Positions 39,986 through 52,100 of a stretch of DNA of 64,000 nt are shown one piece after another. A model generated the notes under the pieces. The model made no database searches. It saw only the letters and a program-made list of their open reading frames with translations, and was not told where the DNA came from. Source of the stretch: Macrostomum lignano (taxonomy: Eukaryota); NCBI GenBank assembly GCA_002269645.1, contig NIVC01003332.1:39730-103729 (forward strand), written 5' to 3'. A program made the translations under genes and the position numbers. The first letter of the stretch is position 1. Each line of letters starts with the position of its first letter.

Positions 39986-41685
39986 CTATAAGGTTTAAGC
40001 AAAAACGCTAGAGAGAAAGCATAAAACAGGAACAAAAAGCAACAAAATAAATGAGGAAAAGGGAAAAGGAGGAAGAAGAAGAAGAAGTATGCCATAAAGG
40101 CGGCCAGGATGGCCATATAAATAATAACAACAAGTAGCGCCGGCCACTGATACAACCAGTAGGGCAGCGAGCGGGGCAACCAGCAGGTCAACCAAGGGAA
40201 AAGGTGCCCACGGGAGGGGTCAACCCAAGGATTCTTGCAGAAAAACAGGTGAAAAACAGAAAAACACAGGATGGGGCAACAAGGGGAACAGCCACAGGAA
40301 CAGGGACAAGACAGGGGGAGACAAACAATGGGATAGGCAATGACAACAAAATTTTGTCATTGAAGAAGGAGGGAAATTGTTTTGTAGAAAATAAATGCCA
40401 AAAAATAAACAGTCAAAGAGACTTAGTGGTAGGCCAGACTACCACAGTATTCATTAAAACTTTATATAGAAAACCTATAAAAAAGTTAGTCTCAAAATAG
40501 TGCTAAAAACTTATGCTGTTCTGCATTTAACTTGTGCAAAAATGTATATAACTTTTTTTTCAAAATTGTTATACAAAGATTCTATCCTTGAATTTCAGTC
40601 ATTGCTATAAGCCATAGTTCTTAAGGCAACATATACGTCAAGATTTCCTGGCATACAACAAGGCTCTTTTTCTTACCATTTTTCAGTATATATCAGGGTA
40701 TATCCCTATATATATGACATAGAAAATGTAGGCCTAATGTGTCAAATGACAATTTTTTTATTGGCATACAAACCTGGCATACAAATTAGGTCTCATTTTT
40801 CTGGCATTAAACCTAGCGTATACTAATATATGGTCCAAACTATGGGCTATAAGTACTAGGCCTATACTCACAAGCTAATATCCTTTTATTAAGAAAATTC
40901 TAACATATAGAAGCCTTCCCATAGAAATGTATTTAGAATATTTTTATCTTAGAAAGTCTCTTTTTCTTAAAAAAAATATAATATTTTTTTATTTTTAGAC
41001 ATTTTCTAATTTTCCAGTTTTTTTGTTGATTGTCTTTCATTGGGCATTTTCAATTAGATATAATTAGGGCAACCTATGTAAGATATCTCTAGGTTCTACT
41101 TTTGAAACACTAAGAGCTGTACAAAATTCGATTGAGCACTTTGTGTCTATTTATACCTAGGAATTTTCTTTTGTATATGTCACTTTTGATATAAATTATA
41201 GTTACTTTGATAATAGTCAGTTCAATGATAATCATTTTATCTTTTGGGATCATCTATTTTGGTAGTAAGTTTCATAATCATTTGTTTCAAAAAAAATTTT
41301 GTGATTTTCAATAGTTAAAATATAATTATCAAATTAAGTAATTAATAAAATAATGCTTTATCATTGTTAATGATTCTTTAAGAAATCCCCTTTATACTGT
41401 TGTAATTGAATGTTGCTAAGCAACTGGTTTTGAAATATGCATGCTTTTTTCAATGAGTTATGTCAATGGTAATGTACTTGTATTAGATTGTAGCTTCTCT
41501 TCTCTTTTTCTCTCCTCTCCTCTCCTTTCCTGTCCTTTCTTGGATCTCTCTTCTCTCTTCTTTATTCCCTCTGGCCATCCTCTCTCCCCTCCATATATAG
41601 TAGCAATGTCATGCAATATCTATTTTAGCATTAGCTAAAACTAAGGCCAGTCATACTTCAATAATAAAACTGATGCCTAACACAG

Positions 41686-42811
41686 CTGATGGCGGCTGGC
41701 AGCCAGGCTCTGTCAAATCTGCCAGTTGGCTCCAAAGCAACTGTATCAATGCCAGCATCAACATCGGTGTCAACCACTACAACTGCAACATTGCTCATTA
41801 TTGATGATTCCACTTCTGCGCGCCGTAGAAGAGCCAGTTCGCCTCTGCTGTCAGCTCAACCTCAGCAGGCTCAGCAACAAGTTCGGGTTCAAGTAAGCTT
41901 GTTATAGGGATTAATTTCCATACGCACAGGCACACACTCACACAGGAGGGTACAGCGGCCCTAACTTTATTTATCGTTAGACATGTACACTTCACTGTGT
42001 TTTTGGGGTTGGTTATTTGCACGTGCAGAGCCAAGCCGAGATTCCAATTTAACCCCAAATTAATGTGACTGCACTTTGGATCGAGCCTGGGCCGGATAGG
42101 CGCCGCCGCTCCATCATGCGCAACCCCCCTGATTTACACTGGCCATGCGGCTCACTTTTTTTTTACCAAAAATGCTGTGAAAGAAACCCGCAATTTTGGG
42201 TAAACGGCAGGAGTAACTATGACTGTCTTATAAAGGCTAAATGTCTCGTCATCTAATTAGTACTACGTATATTTTGTCGGGTGGGTATTTTTGCAATTTA
42301 CCCCTGGTCGGCCAGCAGTTGCGCATGTATGGGCCGCTCTGTCGTTCTGCGGAATAAAAAATGTTTAAATTTCCACCCAAATCCAATTTTGCAGGAGCAG
42401 CCATTGTTTCTACTGCGCGACCGGCTCTCCTCGGGCACCAGCGTATTAGTAGTGAGCAGCCAGAATTCCTCCATAGCTAATTCTCCGTGCTCTTCATCAT
42501 CAGCTTCAGCTGCAATCAATTTGCCGCGCGATTCGGCACGCAGACGCCTACGCGAGGCGGCAAAAAATGCCCGCGAACGGGAACGCTTCAAAGCTGAGAG
42601 GCGCGGCCTGCCGATGAAACCGGTTGGCAGGCACCTGTTCTCGCCGCCGCCGCCGCAGCTGCTGCCGCAGCCTCCGCCTGCCGCTGCGTCCTCGATGAAG
42701 CCATCGAATAGCGGAGCCGGCGGCTACGCCAGGCCGCTTCGAAGTGCTTCAACTTCGCCGCCTCCGAGGCAGCGGCGGGGACCGCCGCCTCCCGGAGGTC
42801 TGGCCGCTTAG
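41686..42811 (+). CDS. Orphan spliced ORF, two exons (41686-41892, 42395-42811), Ser/Thr/Ala/Pro-rich with a basic helix; 5' end unresolved
   Basis: Phase-0 acceptor, CAA|gtaagc donor and ttttgcag|GAG acceptor join into one frame ending GGLAA*; no family recognised. Confidence 0.4.
41917..42110 (-). mobile_element. Partial SINE family A copy
   Basis: Reverse complement matches 25610-25810 (GGCTCGATCCAAAGTGCAGTCACATTAATTTGGGG...GTTAGGGCCGCTGTAC). Confidence 0.8.
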
Positions 42812-42869
42812 TAACTCTGCGCAGCTGTTTTTTTCGGCATTGTGCCCATTTTTTGTGTTGATTTTAGTG

Positions 42870-44615
42870 AGCCACTGAAAAAATCGCCCTATGATCCACT
42901 GAGAAAATCGCCCAATGTTCAAATGAGAAAATCGCCCTATGAACCAGTGAAAAATCGCCCTATGACCCACTGAGAAAATCGCCCTATGACCCACTGTGAA
43001 AATCGCCCTATGAACCAGTGAAAAATCGCCCTATGACCCACTAAGAAAATCGCCCTATGACCCACTGAGAAAATCGCCCTATGACCCACTGAGAAAATCG
43101 CCCTATGACCCACTGAGAAAATCGCCCTATGACCCACTGTGAATATTGCCCTATGAACCAGTGAAAAACCGCCCTATGACCCACTAAGAAAATCGCCCTA
43201 TGACCCACTGAGAAAATCGCCCTATGACCCACTGTGAAAATCGCCCTATGACCCACTGAGAAAATCGCCCTATGACCCACTGAGAAAATTGCTACATGAC
43301 CCACTGAGAAAATCGCTACATGACCCACTGAGAAAATCGCCCTATGACCCACTGAGAAAATCGCCCTATGACCCACTGAGAAAATCGCTACATGACCCAC
43401 TAAGAAAATCGCCCTATGACCCACTGTGAAAATCGCCCTATGACCCACTGTGAAAATCGCCCTATGGCCCTATGACCCACTGAAAAAATCGCTACATGAC
43501 CCACTGAGAAAATCGCCCTATGACCCACTGTGAAAATCGCCCTATGAACCAGTGAAAAATCGCCCTATGACCCACTGAGAAAATCGCTACATGACCCACT
43601 GAGAAAATCGCCCTATGACCCACTGAGAAAATCGCCCTATGACCCACTGTGAAAATCGCCCTATGGCCCTATGACCCACTGAGAAAATCGCTACATGACC
43701 CACTGAGAAAATCGCTCTATGACCCACTGTGAAAATCGCCCTATGAACCAGTGAAAAATCGCCCTATGACCCACTGAGAAAATCGCTACATGACCCACTG
43801 AGAAAATCGCCCTATGACCCACTGTGAAAATCGCCCTATGAACCAGTGAAAAATCGCCCTATGACCCACTGAGAAAATCGCTACATGACCCACTGAGAAA
43901 ATCGCCCTATGACCCACTGAGAAAATCGCCCTATGACCCACTAAGAAAATCGCCCTATGACCCACTGAGAAAATCGCTACATGACCCACTGAGAAAATCG
44001 CTACATGACCCACTGAGAAAATCGCCCTATGACCCACTGAGAAAATCGCCCTATGACCCACTGAGAAAATCGCCCTATGAACCAGTGAAAAATCGCCCTA
44101 TGACCCACTAAGAAAATCGCCCTATGACCCACTGTGAAAATCGCCCTATGACACACTGAGAAAATCGCCCTATGAACCAGTGAAAAATCGCCCTATGACC
44201 CACTAAGAAAATCGCCCTATGACCCACTGAGAAAATCGCCCTATGACCCACTGAGAAAATCGCCCTATGAACCACTAAGAAAATCGCCCTATGACCCACT
44301 GAGAAAATCGCCCTATGACCCACTGAGAAAATCGCCCTATGTCCCACTAAGAAAATCGCTCTATGACCCACTGAGAAAATCGCCCTATGACCCACTGAGA
44401 AAATCGCTACATGACCCACTGAGAAAATTGCTACATGACCCACTGAGAAAATCGCTACATGACCCACTGAGAAAATCGCCCTATGACCCACTGAGAAAAT
44501 CGCTACATGACCCACTGAGAAAATCGCCCTATGACCCACTGTGAAAATCGCCCTATGACCCACTGTGAAAATCGCCCTATGACCCACTGAGAAAATCGCT
44601 ACATGACCCACTGAG
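42870..44615. repeat. 24-bp minisatellite GAAAATCGCCCTATGACCCACTGA
   Basis: About 70 units. Confidence 0.96.
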
Positions 44616-45224
44616 AGAATCAAATGTCAAACAGTTGTGAATATATTTATGCAAAAAATGTATTCAATTCTAGTATAATTCTTTAATGTAACCGCTCTCT
44701 TCCTGGTCTCTATTCCCACTTCTCTCAATGCATATCATGCTTAATTTCATTTGCCTTTTTATTAATTTGCTGTAAAAAACAATTTCTCGATATAAAGAGC
44801 CTTATTCGGTGCAATATTGTGATTTAAAAACTTTTTAAACTTTTACCATCTTTTCTGTCCTAGAAGATTTTTTCTCTGATTTAGGTTATTGTAGTTTTGC
44901 CTCGAACTTCTGAACTTTTCTAGAAATGTTCGTTTAAGCTACTTACTACTGAGTAGTTTAAATGTGTAGGCAAGGCCTGAAACACTACGATAAAGAATTG
45001 GATAAGATTCTTTAGCAATAATGCAAAAGAAAAGAGTGTGCATGCTAATATTATTTTATTTCTAGGCATACGATTGTCGTTTGCAGATTTTTTGAACTGA
45101 TTTTTCTATTGCGCTCGTAGATACAGGCTTCTGCTTCATTCTCTGCGCAGATTTGCGTCCTTTTTATTGGAGACTTTTTGCACGCTTTTTGTTCACTTCT
45201 GCATACTTTTACATCTGCGTGCAT

Positions 45225-45267
45225 GCCCGTCTGTATGTCTGTCTGTCTGTCTGTGTCTGTCTGTCTC

Positions 45268-45328
<61 letters not shown>

Positions 45329-45329
45329 G

Positions 45330-45426
<97 letters not shown>

Positions 45427-45427
45427 G

Positions 45428-45512
<85 letters not shown>

Positions 45513-45518
45513 GTGTCA

Positions 45519-45572
<54 letters not shown>

Positions 45573-45573
45573 G

Positions 45574-45608
<35 letters not shown>

Positions 45609-45637
45609 ATGTCTGTCTGTATGTCTGTCAGTCTGTA

Positions 45638-45678
<41 letters not shown>

Positions 45679-45690
45679 GCCTGTCTGTCC
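45225..45690. repeat. (TCTG)n microsatellite
   Basis: Read directly. Confidence 0.96.
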
Positions 45691-46309
45691 AGCACCCCGT
45701 GCCACCTGTTGCTCAACTATCAAACAACTCATGGCTCATCGAATTAGTAAGCTATATTATATTATATAACCTGCTATTTTGTCGTCAGCTGTATTTTCAG
45801 CAACTAGCCGTAGAAAAAAATTTAATTTGTTTTAGTCGGCACCGCAAGCTGCACGCTTCAGTCCGTCCATTCGGTTTGAGCCACGTAATTTTAAAGTATT
45901 TTGAATGATAATTGCCTGCCTCATTGAGTCATTTCGCGTCGTTTTTTTCCAGCGCAACACCTCTGTGTATGTCTGTCTTTATATACTACTTATGTCTAGA
46001 TATATTTATATAGTTTTTGTCTATTTTTTCCAAAATTTTCTACTTTAGAAAAGATGTTAAACTTTTTTATAAACATATTTATATTCTATTTTTCTATCTC
46101 TGTATAGATATTTATATTAACAAACACAATGCTTAACAGAGCTATGATACGTTGCCTCTATTTTCTGTGTATTTATGGAAAATCTATTAGCAGACTTTGT
46201 GTGATAATAAAATTTGCGCATGTTTGCGCTTTGAGACAACTTCGATTCGTGTCTCTGACCTGATATTATTTCCATTTTGTTGATACTGATAGATCCCCTT
46301 TAACTACAT

Positions 46310-47190
46310 GTAGATCCTTGACTGGGATTCCTCTTTTTTTAAATAGATCCTTGACCGGGATTCCCCTTCGTTTCAAATAGATTCTTGACTGGGATTCCCC
46401 TTCTTTTTGAAACAGATCCTTGACTGGGATTCCCCTTATTTTTGAAACAGATCCTTGACTGGGATTCCCTTTCTTTTTGAAGCATATCCTTGACTGGGAT
46501 TTCCCTTTTCAAATAGATGCTTGACTGGGATTCCCCTTCTTTTTAACTGGATTCTTGACTGGGTTTTCCGTTCTTTTTATATAATTCCTTGAATGGGTTT
46601 CTCTTCTTTTTATAACTGATCCTTGACTGGGATTTCCCTTTTTAAGTAGATCCTTGACTGGGATTTCCCTTTTCAAATAGATCCTTGACTGGGATTCCCC
46701 TTCTTTTTGACTGGATTCTTGACTAGGATTTCCGTTCTTTTTATATAATTCCTTGAATGGGTTTCTCTTCTTTTTATAACAGATCCTTGACTGGGATTTC
46801 CCTTTTCAAATAGATCCTCTACTGGGATTCCTCTTCTTTTTGAAACAGATCCTTGACTGCTATTCCCCTTTTAAAATAGATCCTTGACTGGAATTCCCTT
46901 TTTTGAAACAGATCCTTGACCAGGATTTCCCTTTTAAAATAGATCCTTGACTGGAATTCCCTTTTTTGAAACAGATCCTTGACCAGGATTTCCCTTTTAA
47001 ATAGATCCTTGAGTGGGATTCCCCTTCTTTTTCAAACAGATCCTTGACTGGAATTTCCCTTCTTTTTCAAACAGATCCTTGACGGGAATTTCTCCTTTCA
47101 AATAGATCCTTGACTGGAATTCCCCTTCTTTTATAACTGGATTCTTGACTGGGATTGTCGTTCTTTTTATATAAATCCTTGACTCGGATT
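46310..47190. repeat. Degenerate approximately 30-bp repeat GATCCTTGACTGGGATTCCC(T)nAAA(C/T)A
   Basis: Recurring core with variable T-runs. Confidence 0.88.
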
Positions 47191-47789
47191 CTTGTGGAAT
47201 TTGTTTTGTTTTTGGATAAATAGTGGTCTCGTGTAGGAATTTACCTTAGCTCTTAGTTGCATCCCTTGTAACTCCCACACTAAAGTTAAAAAGTTTCAAG
47301 TGTACACTTTGCGGGTCATGTACTTGTCATGTAGCTTTAATCGCACCCGTTCGCTCTTCACCAGTTGCTTCATCGGTTTGCAAAAGCCTCCGCTGTAGTG
47401 GCAAGCTCGGTTTGTCCCGCCTACTCAGTGAGTAGCTAGTTTGAGTATTTTATTTAAAACAAGTAAGACTGACACGAGTGCGTCGTAAAGAATTTAATAA
47501 CAGTTTTTTTCTTCTAAAAAAAGATTGTTAAGTGCGCGCCTACTATTCAATTGTTTTTTCGTTATTAAAAGGCAACGTTATATTTTTGATAAATTTGTTA
47601 CATGTTTATTACAAGATTTTTTTATTAATTAAGCTTTTTAACACAAAGCTTCCTAATTACTTAATTAACTACTCATGAAGTAGCGCTTAATCTGTAGTTA
47701 GCTGGTTCCGCTTTCCCAGACTTCTAAGCCGTGGCTGGTTTCAGACACGTGGGGACTAATCTGTGGCATATAGAAGTTAATCTGAGACA

Positions 47790-48950
47790 CATGTTGCTGA
47801 GTTGAGACACCTGGGGCTGATTTGAGACACCTGGGGCTAATATGAGACACCTGGGCTGAGTTGAGACACATGGGGCTTATCTGAGACACCTGGATCTGAT
47901 TTAAGACACCTGGGACTGATTTGAGACACCTGGGGCTAATGAGAGGCACCTGAGACTGATTTGAAACACCTGGAGCTGCTGTAAAACACCTGGGACTGTT
48001 TTGAGACACATAGCTAACGTGAGACACAGGGCTGGTTAGAGACACCTGGGTCTGATTTGAGACACCTGGGGCTAATAGAATCATCTAGGACTGATTTCAG
48101 ACATCTGGGACTGATTTGAGACACCTGTGGCTGATTTGAGACACCTGGGACTGATTTGAGACACCTGGGACTGATTTGAGACATCTGGGACTGATTTGAA
48201 ACACTTATGGCTAACCTGAGACACATGGGGCTGGTTAGAGACACCTGGGTCTGATTAGAGATACCTGGGTCTGATTTGAGATACCTGGGTCTGATTTGAG
48301 ACATATGGGTCTGATTTGAGATACCTGGGTCTGATTTGAGACATATGGGTCTGATTTGAGACATATGGGTCTGATTTGAGACATATGGGTCTGATTTGAG
48401 ACACCTGGGTCTGATTTGAGATACCTGGGTCTGATTTGAGACATATGGGTCTGATTTGAGATACCTGGGTCTGATTTGAGACATATGGGTCTGATTTGAG
48501 ACATATGGGTCTGATTTGAGACACCTGGGTCTGATTTGAGACATATGGGTCTGATTTGAGACATATGGGTCTGATTTGAGACATATGGATCTGATTTGAG
48601 ACATATGGGTCTGATTTGAGACATATGGGGCTGATTTGAGACACCTGGGTCTGATTTGAGACATATGGGTCTGATTTGAGACATATGGGTCTGATTTGAG
48701 ACATATGGGTCTGATTTGAGACACCTGGGTCTGATTTGAGACATATGGGTCTGATTTGAGACATATGGGTCTGATTTGAGACATATGGGTCTGATTTGAG
48801 ACACCTGGGTCTGATTTGAGACACCTGGGTCTGATTTGAGACATATGGGTCTGATTTGAGACATATGGGGCTGATTTGAGGCATCTATGGCTAACCTGAA
48901 ACATCTGGGGCTGATTTGAGACTCTTGTGGGCTTATCTGAGACACCTCAA
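47790..48950. repeat. 20-bp minisatellite CTGATTTGAGACACCTGGGT / CTGATTTGAGACATATGGGT, probably in the CRAT 5' UTR intron
   Basis: Tandem units; possible donor at about 47428 and acceptor TTTCCAG at about 49028. Confidence 0.92.
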
Positions 48951-49120
48951 GGTGATTCAGTCACGTAGAATTTAGTTTCTCACACGCAGTTCCAGTCTCC
49001 CAGCTCAAGCGTCACCACACCTGTTTCCAGGCCCGTCTCCCCATTGTCCAGCTCTGTCGATCAGCGGCGCTCCTTCATCAGCGCAGTCGAGCGGTCGCCA
49101 CCACAGCCGCCGCCTCCGCC

Positions 49121-52100
49121 ATGCCCTCGGCGCTCAGTCCGGGGCTGAATTTGAGCCCAGCTGCTCAAGCGGATCTTCGCAGGCGATTCCTCCAATCCCA
49201 GGCCGGACTGCCGCCTCTGCCGGTGCCGTCTCTGGAGGCCACTTTAGACAAGTACATGCGCACTTTAGCGCCGATCGCCACGGAGGAGGAGTTGGCGGAG
49301 GCGTCCCGTCTGGTGACTGATTTTAAACAGTCCGGCATGGGCGACAAACTGCAGCAGCTGTTGCTGAAGCACGCTGAGGGCAAAGACAACTGGGTAAGTG
49401 CGTTAGGGAATTCCTGATTTGCGATTGCTAATCCCTAATCTGCGAATGCTAATCCCTAATCTGCGAATGCTAATCCCTAATCTGCAAATGCTAATCCCTA
49501 ATCTGCGAATGCTAATCCTTAATCTTCAACTGCTAATCCCTAATCTGCGAATGCTAATCCTTAATCTTCAAGTGCTAATCCCTAATCTGCGAATGCTAAT
49601 TCTTAATCTGCGAATTCTAATTCTTAATCTTCAAGTGCTAATCCCTAATCTTCAAGTGCTAATCCTTAATCTTCAAATGCTAATCCCTAATCTGCGAATG
49701 CTAATCCCTAATCTGCGAATGCTAATTCTTAATCTGCGAATTCTAATCTCTAATCTACGAATGCTAATCCCTAATCTGCGAATGCTAATCCTTAATCTTC
49801 AAAGGCTAATCCCTAATCTGCGAATGCTAATCCCTAATCTGCGAATGCTAATCCCCAATCTGCGAATGCTAATCCTTAATCTCCAAATGCTATAATCTCT
49901 AATCTACCCAGTGGGGATTTTTAGTACGCCTAACCGTACGCAAACGGCGGCGCTTAATTCGGGGCGACATTGCGCCGTACTGTATGGATCTCGCCAAGTC
50001 GGCGCCGCGCCCGGCGCTGAGCGTACGGTAACATTTTTAGGCAGCACAAATTCACTTGATTCTACTCTTAGTAGTATGATGAAGACATTATGCTTAATCG
50101 GACCCACCCTGGAGCGCAGCTGCGCAGCTCGCTTTCGTGAGCGTAGTTGCACCATCCTGCACAGTATAATGACCGGTTATTGACCATTAACTGAAAATGC
50201 ATACCATCTCCTAATCATCAAATAATTTTCAGGAAGAAAGGGAATAAGAACAGTTTTTATATTATTTGTTTCCATTCGGTGTAAAATTTTTTATATGTTA
50301 CAAACAAATGACAATTTTTAAGATCCCACTACCGATTCTGAGATATTCCATCGTGCATTCTAATTAAGATCAGTCTTAAATTATGAAAAGGTACTTTAAC
50401 TGCTATCCAGCACATTCCTCCTTTAATAATTTAACTATCATTCACTGTCAATGTCACTGTCTTCTCGAGACCTTTTCCTGGCACTTGGTGCTTCAGTTAA
50501 AAAACCCTGGGGCGGACGCCAGTCGGTGTCCGAGTTAGAACTTAAATCTGACTCGGCAGACTCGCTGTCTGCCCACATCCCGCCTGGACTTTAATCCGGT
50601 TCTTTCGTCCGCTCACTTATCCGATAGTTCGTCCGGTTGATAATGTATTTTTTCCATAAGGGAAAATCGGACAAAGCGGACGAAAAGTTACGAAAGCGGA
50701 CGAAAACTTCACCTCACGTGACGTTCGTCCGCTCGTTAGTCCGGTGTTTGATCCGTTTATCTGCCGATGCTTCGTCCGTTTCACTTTAGCACTGACTAAA
50801 CAAATCGGACGAGCAGGCGGATGAAAAGCGGGTGAAATGCGGACGAAATCGCTTCATTTGGCGATTCGGACGAGCAGGTGGATTAAAAGCAGGTGAAATG
50901 CGGACGAAATCGCTTCATTTGGCGATTCGGACGAGCAGGCGGATTAAAAGCGGGTGAAATGCGGACGAAATCGCTTCATTTGGCGATTCGGACGAGCAGG
51001 CGGATTAAAAGCGGGTGAAATGCGGACGAAATCGCTTCATTTGGCGATTCGGACGAGCAGGCGGATTAAAAGCGGGTGAAATGCGGACAGAAAAGTAAGT
51101 AAAGGCCTCAAATATAATAGCGTAGCCACAATAATGTCAATTAATTTGTGAAAATAGCAAAAATGGACGTCATCCTTGACGTCATTCTTGGCATCCAGAC
51201 TGGCACTGTAAATTGTATTTCAGTTTATTCACCGAGTATATAAGAAATAAATGTTGTATTAAATTGAAGCCAAGCGGCAAAAATGCTTATACTTAGGGAC
51301 AGAATATAGACGTATAGTCTATATTTTAATGCTAGTGAGTGACAAATGCGGTAAATTGTCAAATTGCGAAATGACCAAAAAAGCACAAAAACGTTGCTTT
51401 AGGAAGTGTACTAGAGAAGTGTTACAAGTGTAGTTTTGGAAGGCGGCCTCGAAATGGTTGACTTTTAAGTTTGCAAAACGTTGTTTTAAAATTGAAATTT
51501 AAAGTGAACACATCACTTTAAAATATGTATATATAAATTTAGGCAATACTTATATATGGGTTTGATCGACATAACAGGGAATCAAGTTGGAAAGATCGAA
51601 CCCGGAGGAAAAAGGGTACTACACGTAGCTTCCCATGATGTTGCTAATATTAGCCTATTGCTAATACAGTCCATTACATGTTTAGTGGAACTGTAAAAGT
51701 TGCTCATTGTATATCAGAGGCCATACCTCTTCGATCAAGGCAAACTGTATATCACTCCTTCGAGTGTGATCATATCATAATTACGTTCGAATTTTGTCTC
51801 CGAAATTGCCGTGCGTAGTACCAAAAAACCCCCGAATCAGAAAACTGCAAATTGCGGTTTTTAACAGAAAAAAAACGAGAAAAAAAGATAAATGAAAAAT
51901 TATAGGATAGGTGAGCCAAGCGGTCCCCGGCCCGAAAGGAGAGCCGCTTCAATCCTGACTTTAATCATAAAATTTTCCTTTTTCCTAAGAACCGATTAAA
52001 GAACCAGAAATCCTAGAATCCTACAACCAAAATGTTACGATCCTTGTACCACACTAACTGCAGTTTACGAATCGAGCAAGACGTTCAGCATGTCCTGTTC

